Of a stretch of DNA of 64,000 nt, positions 1 through 9,686 are shown piece by piece (the first letter of the stretch is position 1; every line of letters starts with the position of its first letter). The stretch covers positions 96,001 to 160,000 of the forward strand of contig JBHLKM010000007.1 in assembly GCA_048886685.1 (NCBI GenBank). Direction: 5' to 3'. Under the pieces are notes generated by a model. The model was not told the origin of the DNA, did not search any database, and saw only the letters and a list, made by a program, of their open reading frames with translations. The translations under genes and the position numbers were made by a program. The DNA is from Candidatus Hodarchaeota archaeon. GTDB taxonomy: Archaea; Asgardarchaeota; Lokiarchaeia; Sigyniarchaeales; SOKP01.

Positions 1-227
1 TTAACTCATATGTTTGATCCGCTGTAATTTATTATATTGTGTGCTATAATATCGAGATACTATCTTAATATTACTCCAATATTAATAATTTCTTTTTTCT
101 AAGCGAATCTCCTTAAAAATATATGATTTTGGAGTGAAAAATATGATATATAAATGATATTTATATTTTTTAAAGGGATGACCGTGATTTTACTAAATGA
201 ACTAGTTTTTAAATGGGGTTGATGTAA

Positions 228-455
228 TTGACTGAAGTTGGAAATAATTTTCTGGAACATTTAGAATATCAAATAGGAATGTTAGAGAAATCTGAAGAAG
301 CTTATAAAAAAATTCCAGTTTTTACAGAACAGTTAGAGCAATTTGATAAATCTGTAATGGATCTTAGAGAAAAATTCGAAAGAATACATCTTAGAGATAA
401 ATATCAGATTATAATTTCAGAATTGGAAGAATTAATACAACAATCAAAAAAATAA
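228..455 (+). CDS. Hypothetical small helical/coiled-coil protein
   Basis: 75-aa ORF with TTG start, E/K/L-rich, followed by a T-run; no recognisable motif. Confidence 0.55.
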   Translation: MTEVGNNFLEHLEYQIGMLEKSEEAYKKIPVFTEQLEQFDKSVMDLREKFERIHLRDKYQIIISELEELIQQSKK

Positions 456-496
456 AAAATTCCTTCCCATTTTTTTTACTGGAATGAAGATAGGTT

Positions 497-919
497 TTAC
501 TCACCTATAATTGTACAATAAATAGTCCTTGAGCGTGGTTTTTCATCACATTCAATGAAAATAATCTGCTGCCAAGTTCCTAATATTAATTTTTGGTTTT
601 TAAATGGAAAGGTTTGTGATGTTTTTATAAGAAAGCTTCTTAAATGCCCGGCTCCATTGTAATCATGCCAAGTCTTATGGTGAGCATAACTTTTTTCATA
701 GGGAATTAGTTTTTCCAAAATATTTTTAATATCATGATCTACTAAACCTGGTTCATACTCAGTTGTGGATATTGCTCCTGTCGAACCACCTATATGTACA
801 TTTACTATTCCATCTTTTATTCCACTTTTTTTAATTGAATTTTGAACTTGATTAGTAATGTTAATAACATCGCAATATGCTTTTGATTTTAAACCAAAAG
901 TTTGAAAATCTACAGTCAT
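497..919 (-). CDS. YjbQ/UPF0047 family protein
   Basis: Family motifs: INITxxV, GSTGAISTTEYEPGL, YxH..NGAGHLRS, LGTWQQIIFIECD..RxR. Confidence 0.9.
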   Translation of the reverse strand: MTVDFQTFGLKSKAYCDVINITNQVQNSIKKSGIKDGIVNVHIGGSTGAISTTEYEPGLVDHDIKNILEKLIPYEKSYAHHKTWHDYNGAGHLRSFLIKTSQTFPFKNQKLILGTWQQIIFIECDEKPRSRTIYCTIIGE

Positions 920-1965
920 TTTAGCTTCCTTTTATAGTCACACATATTCAATGTTTTTATCTGTTTAATTACCGATTTAGGCAAACTTTTTTCATCCCCC
1001 TCATTTAAAGCCAAGACTTTTGCTAAAATAAGGAGCTCATTTTGATCAAATCCCTTAATATTTGTCCATCCTGTTGAATCTCCTGCCTCTATACACACAA
1101 AATAAGGAGCTTTTTTAAATTTTGGACAATATTTATCTTTACATTTCTCACAAATTTTAGGAAAATAATAAACATTGCCATTTTTTAAGTATATAGAGAA
1201 CGTACCGAAAGATTTATTTTTTATTTTAATCCAATTAAGATAGTCAAATTCTATTTGGAGATCTAATTTTTGAAGGTATTCAATTAATAAATCCGTATTT
1301 ATAATTTGACGAATTTTTAATGTATGAGTTTCTGGTTCATAATATTCGTTACACTCATCTGTAATACCACTTTGACCAAATAAAGAAGTGAGTAATATCA
1401 GGTTGATAAAATATCTATTCTCTATTTCTTTAATTTTTGTTTTTTCTATAAAAAAACTAGAAACCTGATTAAGTATTTCATTAGCATCGGTAATCTCAGT
1501 TATTTTAAATCCGTGTTCTTCTCTGATTGAGTTAAATTCTTTGTTTATAAATTCTGAATTTATTATATCTTCTTTAGAAAGTTTTTCAAGAATTATGCAA
1601 AAAATAAGTGGTACTTCTGGTATTTTTGATTGAAGTTCATCAAAATATTGTCTAATTTGGTCGATTTTAGTTTCAGATATAAAAATTATTATCGCATCAG
1701 CTCCAGAATAGAAAATTGTGCGTAAGAAAGCTCTACGTTGACCACAGTCTATATTCCATAAAAGATATTCAAATTTCTGTTTCGGTTTGAAAAAATAATC
1801 GAGTTTACTAATATTCACACCAATATTTTGTTTATTCTCTATTGGTAAGCAATTTGAACTTAAAGATTTTTGAAACTCATTTTTTGTTATCTCGAGACCC
1901 CCAAGGATCACTATTTTTTTCTTAAAATAGAATTGGTAAGTTTCAAGAGTTTCGTAAGCACTCAA
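916..1965 (-). CDS. Degenerate Rab/Roc-like GTPase domain fused to a Cys-containing C-terminal domain
   Basis: KKIVILGGLEITK (decayed G1), NIGVNI (switch I), LLWNIDCGQRRAFLRTIFYSGADAIIIF (G3 region); C-terminal CEKC-x4-C...C. Confidence 0.65.
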   Translation of the reverse strand: MSAYETLETYQFYFKKKIVILGGLEITKNEFQKSLSSNCLPIENKQNIGVNISKLDYFFKPKQKFEYLLWNIDCGQRRAFLRTIFYSGADAIIIFISETKIDQIRQYFDELQSKIPEVPLIFCIILEKLSKEDIINSEFINKEFNSIREEHGFKITEITDANEILNQVSSFFIEKTKIKEIENRYFINLILLTSLFGQSGITDECNEYYEPETHTLKIRQIINTDLLIEYLQKLDLQIEFDYLNWIKIKNKSFGTFSIYLKNGNVYYFPKICEKCKDKYCPKFKKAPYFVCIEAGDSTGWTNIKGFDQNELLILAKVLALNEGDEKSLPKSVIKQIKTLNMCDYKRKLK

Positions 1966-2075
1966 ATTAACTTCCTCTAGGAATCATAGATTTTAATATA
2001 AATCCATTTAATAATAAAATTTTTTATGAATTTTAATTTAATCTTTTTAAACACTTTTAAATTTTTGAATTACCG

Positions 2076-2492
2076 ATGAAAAAATTAGATGAATTCCTTA
2101 AGAAGATACACAACCCTAAATCTCAAATCCCTGAATACGCAAGCATAATAATAAAACCTGGGAAAAAAGTATTAAACATTAAAATAAAAAAAGAAGATGA
2201 AAATATTTTAAAAGTAATTGCCCATGAAGAAAATCAATCTGGATGGTTCCTCCATTCTGTACATATTCCATTGAAGAATTTAGGTTTGTCATATAATTCT
2301 AAAGATAAAGAAATATTAGAATATTTATCAGATCCCAATAAAATTAGAAATAAACCAACCAAAGAATATATAGAAAATATTTTAAGGAAGTATTTAGATA
2401 TCCTGCCCGAGAAGAAGAAGCACTTCTTTAAAACTGAACGATTTAAGAAAAAGAAAGAATTCAAAGCTGGAACTCAGTTGAAAGGATTCTAA
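2076..2492 (+). CDS. Hypothetical basic protein
   Basis: 138-aa ATG ORF with normal codon style; no recognised motif. Confidence 0.6.
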   Translation: MKKLDEFLKKIHNPKSQIPEYASIIIKPGKKVLNIKIKKEDENILKVIAHEENQSGWFLHSVHIPLKNLGLSYNSKDKEILEYLSDPNKIRNKPTKEYIENILRKYLDILPEKKKHFFKTERFKKKKEFKAGTQLKGF

Positions 2493-3355
2493 CCTCTTAA
2501 TGGCATATTTTTTAAATCAAAAAATTCCTTACTGGTTGGTTTTCTTTCTCGATACGGATTTTTTATATCATCAATTTTCCTTCCAAAGGTTAAATATCCA
2601 GTATGTCCTATCATTCTTACTTCAGGACGGGTTGCGTTTTTCTTAACCTGGATTTTCCTCTTAATTAATTCGTATGTATTGATTTCTATGAAATTATTAT
2701 CCCTCAATGCAAATGTAGTTTTTTTCACTTGTTCAATCGTTGGTGAAAAAGAAACAAGAGTCCCACTCAATTTGAGATATTTCATTGCTTTTTCAATCGC
2801 ATTCCATGGTTCAGCAAGATCTAAGACAACTGAATCCACATCTTTCAAATGTAAATCATCAGTAATTATATTGCCAAATTCTATTGATACAATGTTTTCC
2901 AGTTTAACTCTTTCAACATTCTTCTTTGCATTTTTAAGTGATTTTTCGCGAATATCGAACGAGTATATATGTCCACTAGGTCGAACATAATTGCCTAGAA
3001 TACATGTCAATGCTCCAGAACCGCATCCAGCTTCAATAACTACGCTACCTGGTCCAATCCCAGAATATAGTAAAATAATCCCAGCATCTTCAGGATAAAT
3101 TATTTGAGTTTTGCGAGTCATATGAAGTATATAATCAGATGGCTTCGGTTTCAATACATAGAATTTGTATCCTTGAGTTTCATATGGTTTTGAGAATATT
3201 ACCGAGCCATAATTTTTTCCTATTATCTCATCAAATTCAATTATTCCTCTATGTGTTTGAAAACTGCCCCCAGGTTTCACTTGAACTAACCATCTTCTTT
3301 TATCATCAAGAATCAAAAAGATTAAATCATTTTCTTTTACTTTCTCGGAGGTCAT
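2489..3355 (-). CDS. trmI: tRNA (adenine-N1)-methyltransferase, TrmI/Trm61 family
   Basis: RKTQIIYPED, VIEAGCGSGAL, VVLDLAEPW, FSPTIEQV, RP..RMIGHTGYL. Confidence 0.95.
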   Translation of the reverse strand: MTSEKVKENDLIFLILDDKRRWLVQVKPGGSFQTHRGIIEFDEIIGKNYGSVIFSKPYETQGYKFYVLKPKPSDYILHMTRKTQIIYPEDAGIILLYSGIGPGSVVIEAGCGSGALTCILGNYVRPSGHIYSFDIREKSLKNAKKNVERVKLENIVSIEFGNIITDDLHLKDVDSVVLDLAEPWNAIEKAMKYLKLSGTLVSFSPTIEQVKKTTFALRDNNFIEINTYELIKRKIQVKKNATRPEVRMIGHTGYLTFGRKIDDIKNPYRERKPTSKEFFDLKNMPLRG

Positions 3356-3528
3356 TTTATATTTTATATTTTTAGTATATCTAATGTTGATAAATCTTTA
3401 ATTTTTTTTCATTCATCCTATTTATATTATTATTTTATATACAAAAAATATATAAAACATATAAAACTGTCATAATTAACCTCTGTAAATAAGATCTTTT
3501 TTATAAATACTCTCTAAAGTATGAATTC

Positions 3529-4437
3529 ATGAGTAGAAACAATTCCAAAACCTCGCAAGATTCTCGAACATCTTTTAAGGGACTTCAAATCTTAAGCGAT
3601 GATTTAAGGAAAAAAAGAGATGATCTTAACCTTAATACTAAGAAATTCATTAATGATTTGCAGGATATTGAAACTGAAATTAATGAAAGTTTAAAAACAG
3701 CTAAGGACAAATATAAAAAGAGAAGGGATTATTGGAATAATAAAGTTAAAGAACTTAAAGAAAAAAAAGTAGAATATAAGAACTTATTTGATAAATTATT
3801 AGAAGAAAAAAAATCAATTCAAAAGAAAAGTAATAGTTCAGATAGATTTGTTTCCATCAAGCAAGTAGAGAGAAAAATTGATAATTTAGAGAGAAGAATT
3901 GAGACTGAAAACCTTGATATTAGTGAAGAAAATTTAATCATAGATAAGATAAGGGAATTAGCAAAATCAAAGCAAAATTTCTTAGCAGAGCAAGAAAATA
4001 GTGATCTCTTCAAAGTAGAACGTAAAATCGAGATTGTAAAAATAAATTTAAACAAGATATATGAACAATTAAATAAGTGGTCTAATAAGTCTCAGGAAAA
4101 TCATGCTAAGATGTTAGAAATCTTCCAAAAAGTCGATGAACTAAGAGAGCGGAAAAAAAAAATGGAAGAGGAGCTAATAGAAAATAAAAAATCTGCAGAT
4201 CGGTATCATGAACAATATTTACAGGTAATGAATCAAAGAAAGAAAATTTCGAGAGGTAAAAAACCTTATAAACCAAGTAAACAACCCGCAAAAAGAACTG
4301 ATCAATTCAAAAAGAAAAATGAAATAATGGAAAAAATTAAACAAGATAAATTAGCAGAGGCTTTAGAAAAACAAAAGGCGGGCAAAAAATTAAATTTGTT
4401 TGAAGCTCGATTAATATTAGAGAAATCTGAAAGATAG
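3529..4437 (+). CDS. Archaeal long coiled-coil protein (COG1340-like)
   Basis: Heptad K/E-rich throughout; ETENLDISEEN..IDKI and C-terminal K.GKKLNLFE pattern typical of this family. Confidence 0.7.
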   Translation: MSRNNSKTSQDSRTSFKGLQILSDDLRKKRDDLNLNTKKFINDLQDIETEINESLKTAKDKYKKRRDYWNNKVKELKEKKVEYKNLFDKLLEEKKSIQKKSNSSDRFVSIKQVERKIDNLERRIETENLDISEENLIIDKIRELAKSKQNFLAEQENSDLFKVERKIEIVKINLNKIYEQLNKWSNKSQENHAKMLEIFQKVDELRERKKKMEEELIENKKSADRYHEQYLQVMNQRKKISRGKKPYKPSKQPAKRTDQFKKKNEIMEKIKQDKLAEALEKQKAGKKLNLFEARLILEKSER

Positions 4438-4652
4438 TTTCTTTTTTAAAAGTAAAATTAATCCAATAGTTTAATACCCTAAATTATAAATCTACAGTAG
4501 TTAATATTAATCTACTTGTACTAATTTTCCTTACAATTCTAATTCGAAGATGAAATATTACTTAAATCATTAATAGAACTGACATAATATTTAAAAAAAT
4601 TGAAGATTTATTTTTTTCAACTCGTTAAAAATAAAGAAAGATTTGATTAAAT

Positions 4653-5981
4653 TTGAGTGAAAAAGTAGCTGAAATCCGAGAAATTTTAATGAAACATCAC
4701 GAATGGTTTAAAAAATCAATTCCTTTAATTGCGTCGGAGAATATAACTAGTCCTGCAGTAGATGAGGCTTGTGCCAGTGATTTCTCACATCGATATGCTG
4801 AAGGATGGTCAGGTGAAAGAGTATATGCGGGTTGTACGTATATTGACCAGATTGAGGACATTTGTATGGAGCTCGCGAAAGAGTATTACTCCGTTCTTCA
4901 CGCCGACGTACGCCCTGTCTCAGGTGTTGTAGCAAATTTAGTAATGTATAATGCATTCACTTCAGATAATAACGGTAAAATGTGTTGTATGGCAATCGTT
5001 AGAGGTGGTCATATTTCACATGGCCCAAGATTTGCAAAAAGTGGGCGAGAAATTTTTGGAACAGCAGGGACAACAAGAGGTATAAATGTTGAATATTTAG
5101 CTTTTGACAATGATGAAATGAATTTAGATATTGATGCTTCTGCGAAAATAATAAGAGAATTTGAACCAGAATTGGTTTTATTTGGTGGTTCAGTATTCTT
5201 ATTTCCACACCCCGTTAAAGAGCTTGGTGATGTTTCAAAAGAAGTTGGAGCCTATGTTGGGTATGATGCAGCTCATGTAGCCGGTTTAATAGGTTCTGGA
5301 TATTTTCAAGATCCTTTAAGAGAAGGAGCAGATGCTATGACAATGAGTACTCATAAAACTCTTCCTGGCCCTCAACATGGGGCTTTAGTATCGAATAGGG
5401 AGGATTTAATTGATACATTAAGGTCATGTGCTTTTCCAGCATTATTATCTAATCATCATCTTCATAATGTAGCTGGTTTAGCAATTGCCATAGCAGAGAT
5501 GTTAGAATTTGGGAAGGAGTACCATAAAAACGTTATTGAGAATGCTAAAGCGCTTGGACAAGCATTGTATGAACGGGGAATTAAAGTATTAATGGAACAT
5601 AAAGGTTTTACAGAATCTCACCAAATAGTTGTTGATATAACTGAATTTGAGAAAACAATTGGATTAGGTGGGGATATTGAAAAGTTATTAGAAAAAGCAA
5701 ATATCATTCTTAATCGGAATCTTCTTCCCTATGACATTGCTGAAGGAAGACATTATCAGAATCCTGGAGGATTGAGAATTGGGACATCAGAAATCACCAG
5801 ACTTGGAATGGGTAAAACTGAAATGACAGATATCGCAGAACTAATCAAAAAATTACTAATTGATAAGAAGAATCCTAAAATAATAGGAAATGAAGTCGCA
5901 GAATTTAGAAAAGAATTCCAAAGTATTGGATATTGTTTTCAAACTCCCAGTAAGGCTTATGAATACCTAAAATTTTATTAA
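4653..5981 (+). CDS. glyA: Serine hydroxymethyltransferase
   Basis: LIASEN, RYAEG, GGHISH, YDAAHV, PLP-lysine motif STHKTLPGPQ, GLRIGT. Confidence 0.97.
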   Translation: MSEKVAEIREILMKHHEWFKKSIPLIASENITSPAVDEACASDFSHRYAEGWSGERVYAGCTYIDQIEDICMELAKEYYSVLHADVRPVSGVVANLVMYNAFTSDNNGKMCCMAIVRGGHISHGPRFAKSGREIFGTAGTTRGINVEYLAFDNDEMNLDIDASAKIIREFEPELVLFGGSVFLFPHPVKELGDVSKEVGAYVGYDAAHVAGLIGSGYFQDPLREGADAMTMSTHKTLPGPQHGALVSNREDLIDTLRSCAFPALLSNHHLHNVAGLAIAIAEMLEFGKEYHKNVIENAKALGQALYERGIKVLMEHKGFTESHQIVVDITEFEKTIGLGGDIEKLLEKANIILNRNLLPYDIAEGRHYQNPGGLRIGTSEITRLGMGKTEMTDIAELIKKLLIDKKNPKIIGNEVAEFRKEFQSIGYCFQTPSKAYEYLKFY

Positions 5982-6115
5982 TTCAAAATATTTTTTTTAA
6001 CACCAAAATTAAAGAGTTCTTGCTAAATATTCATATTTTTGCTAGAAATATAACAATAAAACTTATCTTATATCCTTCATGATTTTGAATATTAAATAAC
6101 TTAATTTACATTATC

Positions 6116-6949
6116 ATGGATATCGAAGTTCTTGAAAAATCAAATCAAAGGATAATATTTGTTGTACAAGATATTTCTATTGAGATGGCGAATGCTATTA
6201 GAAGGATAATTATGTCTGAAATCCCTGTAATGGCAATTGATGAAGTCATCGTTTTGAAAAACGACAGTCCTTTATATGATGAGATAATCTCTCATAGACT
6301 TGGAATGATACCGCTTACTACTGATTTGGAAACATATAAACTACCACAAGATTGTGATTGTGGAGGATATGGTTGTCCACTATGCCAAGTTTCATTAACA
6401 TGCGAAGTTTCTAACATGACGAATATGCCATTAGATGTATATTCGGGTGATTTAAAATCAAATGATCCTAAAATCGTGCCGGTTAATCCAAAAATCCCAA
6501 TTGTGAAAATTGATAAAAATAATCAATTAATTATTGAAGCATATGCAATTTTAGGGAAAGCGAGAGATCATGTAAAATGGCAAGCTGTATCTAATATTTT
6601 TTATAGATTTCATCCAGAAATAGAATTTAACGATGAAAACTGTAAAAATTGTGTAGATAAATGCATAGTATCGAGAATGTGCCCTGAAAGTTTATATGAT
6701 TTTTCAGATGGGAAAATAGTAAAATTAAAGGAAGATTACTGGAAGACTTGCACATTATGTAAATCGTGTGAAAGAGATTGTCCACAAAAAGTTATCAAAG
6801 TAGGATCAAAAGATAATGCTTACATTTTTTCTATCGAAAGCGACGGAGTTTTACCCTTTAACACAATTATTAAGAAAACTTTTGAAATCTTTTTAGGAAA
6901 AATCGATGAATTTGTTGAAAACCTTGAAGTCATTGAGTTAGAATCGTGA
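6116..6949 (+). CDS. rpoD: DNA-directed RNA polymerase subunit D (Rpo3)
   Basis: ANAIRRII, DEIISHRLGMIPL, Cys cluster CDCGGYGCPLC, ferredoxin-like CTLCKSCERDCP, FSIESDG. Confidence 0.96.
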   Translation: MDIEVLEKSNQRIIFVVQDISIEMANAIRRIIMSEIPVMAIDEVIVLKNDSPLYDEIISHRLGMIPLTTDLETYKLPQDCDCGGYGCPLCQVSLTCEVSNMTNMPLDVYSGDLKSNDPKIVPVNPKIPIVKIDKNNQLIIEAYAILGKARDHVKWQAVSNIFYRFHPEIEFNDENCKNCVDKCIVSRMCPESLYDFSDGKIVKLKEDYWKTCTLCKSCERDCPQKVIKVGSKDNAYIFSIESDGVLPFNTIIKKTFEIFLGKIDEFVENLEVIELES

Positions 6950-7015
6950 AATTACAAAATTTATTAATATATCAATAATTTAAAATAATAATTAAACCGA
7001 GAGGAATACCTCCTA

Positions 7016-7372
7016 ATGTCTCATAAGATAACTGGTTCAAGTAATTATTACGTTAGAAAGTTGATTAGAGATTTATGGAAAACAAAAATTAAGATTTGGA
7101 GAAAAATCTCTAAAAAGTTAAGTGGTCCGAGAAAAAATAGAGTTTCCCCTAATTTATATCGTATAAACAAAAAAACTAAAGAAAATGATGTGGTAGTTGT
7201 GCCTGGAAAAGTGTTAGGGATGGGACAATTAGATCATACGGTTACAATTGCTTGCTTAGATTGTACAAAATCAGCAAGACAAAAAATCGAATCTTCAGGA
7301 AGTAAGCTGATATCTATTGCGGAGTTATTGGAACAGAACCCTAAAGGCAGTGGAGTAAAAATTTTTTTCTGA
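7016..7372 (+). CDS. rpl18e: 50S ribosomal protein L18e
   Basis: VVVPGKVLG, NPKGSGVKI; conserved position after rpoD. Confidence 0.95.
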   Translation: MSHKITGSSNYYVRKLIRDLWKTKIKIWRKISKKLSGPRKNRVSPNLYRINKKTKENDVVVVPGKVLGMGQLDHTVTIACLDCTKSARQKIESSGSKLISIAELLEQNPKGSGVKIFF

Positions 7373-7391
7373 TAAAATAATAGAGTGTGTT

Positions 7392-7871
7392 ATGATTATG
7401 GGATTAGAATTTCAATTAATCGATGCTACAGATAAGATTTTAGGTAGATTTTGCAGCCAAATTGCTAAAAAAGCTTTATTAGGCTATAACATAGTAATAA
7501 TTAATGCAAAAAATGCGATAATAAGCGGGACCAGAAGAGATATTCATGAAAAGTATTTAGCAAAATTAAAAATTTCTACTGCTACAAATCCCCTAAGAGG
7601 TCCATTTCATGAAAGGAGACCTGATACTTTCATGAGAAGGGTAATAAAACAAATGCTTCCGCGAAAAAAACTTCGGGGGAAAGAAGCGCTCAAAAGGGTT
7701 CATGTGTATATTTCTGAGATTCCTGAACGGTTTAAAAGCAAATATCAAAAGCTAACGCCAACAGAAATATATAATGCTGAAAAAAAGCGTCTTTCTTATT
7801 ATAATAGATATATTACTTTAGAAAATCTTTGTATGCGTATTGGATGGAATAAAAAAGAAATTGAGGTGTAA
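7392..7871 (+). CDS. rpl13: 50S ribosomal protein L13 (uL13)
   Basis: IDA..ILGR, GPFH.RRP, MLPRKK.RGKEALKR. Confidence 0.95.
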   Translation: MIMGLEFQLIDATDKILGRFCSQIAKKALLGYNIVIINAKNAIISGTRRDIHEKYLAKLKISTATNPLRGPFHERRPDTFMRRVIKQMLPRKKLRGKEALKRVHVYISEIPERFKSKYQKLTPTEIYNAEKKRLSYYNRYITLENLCMRIGWNKKEIEV

Positions 7872-7876
7872 TCAGT

Positions 7877-8287
7877 ATGTCAGTTAAAGTGGTTCAATCA
7901 TCAGGTAAAAGGAAAGCTGCTATAGCGAGAGCTATATTGAAACATCCTTCAAAAGGACAAATCAAAATCAATAATGTTCCTCTACATTTATATGAACCGG
8001 AAATAGCACGGTTGAGGATCCAAGAAGTTCTTGAAATCATAAATCATCCTAAGCTTGAAAAATGTGATATTAATGTTCGGGTTAAAGGTGGTGGGATAAG
8101 TGGGCAAACAGACGCTGTACGTATGGCTATTGCTAAATCAATCCATAAATTTATAGGAACAAAAACAATAGAACGGACTTTTAGAGAATATGATGATTCA
8201 TTGTTAAGTGGAGATTCTCGAAGGACAGAACCAAAGAAATTTGGTGGTAAAAAGGCACGCGCTCGTAGACAGAAAAGTTTTAGATAA
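7877..8287 (+). CDS. rps9: 30S ribosomal protein S9 (uS9)
   Basis: SGKRKAAIARA, VKGGGISGQ, EPKKFGGKKARARRQKSFR. Confidence 0.97.
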   Translation: MSVKVVQSSGKRKAAIARAILKHPSKGQIKINNVPLHLYEPEIARLRIQEVLEIINHPKLEKCDINVRVKGGGISGQTDAVRMAIAKSIHKFIGTKTIERTFREYDDSLLSGDSRRTEPKKFGGKKARARRQKSFR

Positions 8288-8299
8288 TTTTTAATAGGT

Positions 8300-9616
8300 T
8301 TACCTTGTTTCTATCTGAACACCTAATTTTTGTAGATCCTCTAAAAAGGAAGGGTAAGAATCTTTTACAATTTCGATATTTGTTATTTGAGATTTTGAAG
8401 AAGCATATAAAGCAGCAATAGTACAAGCCATTGCTACCCTATGATCGTATTCATGATCTATTATCGACCCATTTAATTTGTTACAATGATAGATTGTTAG
8501 TTTTTCATCTTCTTCCTTGACATTAACACCCATTTTTTTTAATTCTCTTGCCATAGACGCAATTCGATCGCTTTCTTTTAAGCGGAGATTCCCAGCATTA
8601 TAGAGTATAGTTTCGCCATTCGCAAATGCACCTATAACAGAAAGAATCGGGAATAAGTCTGGGATATCACTACAATCGATCTCTATCCCATTTAAGCTAT
8701 TATTGGTTAAATCTCCGTGTACAACTACTTGTTTTTGATTCTCATCAAATTCGATGTCAGCACCCATTTCTCTTAGAATCTCAATTATTTTTTTGTCTCC
8801 CTGAGCATTTTCCATACTTAAATTATTTATTATAACTATCGTTGGTTCACTAGACAAAACAGCCGCTGCGATAATGAATGCAGAAGAAGAGAAATCTCCA
8901 GGTATTTCATATGATTGAGCTCTATAACTTTGTTCGCTTGTGACATAAAATTTCCCTTCTTCCAGATCTTCCTGTATATTAATCCCAAATGCGTTTAATA
9001 CATCTAGAGTAATTTTTATATATGGAATAGAAACTAATGGAGTGGTTAGTTCTATTTCAATGAAATCGGTATCTCTACATACCAATAGAGGGCAAGCAAA
9101 TAATAAGGCGGTTATAAATTGAGAACTTATATCTCCGGGGATTTTTATTTTATTACATAACTTTTTCTTACGTTCTATCTTAATTTTATCTCCAGATATT
9201 TTATATTTTCCTCCTAAAGCCTCTAAAGCATTGAGGAGTGGAATAATTGGTCTATTCCTCTCTAAAAATTCTCCTGTCAAAAAAAGACCACCTTTAACGA
9301 AAAGGCTTAAAGCGCAAAAAATTCTAAAGGAGGTCCCTGAATTTTTACAATCTAAAGCTTTTTTGACTGATCTAAACGGTATTTTATCACATTTAACGAC
9401 ATAGGAATTTTCTGTGGATTTTATTATTTTAACACCTAAAGCTTTTAAATTTTTAATTGTTATTTCTGAATCTCCAATTGTCAACGGATTTTTAATTATG
9501 GAAATTCCCTCAGCTAAGCTTGCCGCAACAAAAGCTCTATGTGTATAACTTTTAGACCCAGGTGCTGTGATTTCACCCTTTAAGTTGCTTATTAATGGTG
9601 TTATTTCTAAATCCAT
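8300..9616 (-). CDS. aroA: 3-phosphoshikimate 1-carboxyvinyltransferase (EPSP synthase)
   Basis: PGSKSYTHR, NSGTSFR, SSQFITALL, PGDFSS, LRLKESDR, DHRVAM, SYPSF. Confidence 0.97.
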   Translation of the reverse strand: MDLEITPLISNLKGEITAPGSKSYTHRAFVAASLAEGISIIKNPLTIGDSEITIKNLKALGVKIIKSTENSYVVKCDKIPFRSVKKALDCKNSGTSFRIFCALSLFVKGGLFLTGEFLERNRPIIPLLNALEALGGKYKISGDKIKIERKKKLCNKIKIPGDISSQFITALLFACPLLVCRDTDFIEIELTTPLVSIPYIKITLDVLNAFGINIQEDLEEGKFYVTSEQSYRAQSYEIPGDFSSSAFIIAAAVLSSEPTIVIINNLSMENAQGDKKIIEILREMGADIEFDENQKQVVVHGDLTNNSLNGIEIDCSDIPDLFPILSVIGAFANGETILYNAGNLRLKESDRIASMARELKKMGVNVKEEDEKLTIYHCNKLNGSIIDHEYDHRVAMACTIAALYASSKSQITNIEIVKDSYPSFLEDLQKLGVQIETR

Positions 9617-9686
9617 TAAATAATAAATAGAAAATAATAGATATAATATTAATTAAATATTATTGTAAAATTAAGTTATAGTAGAT

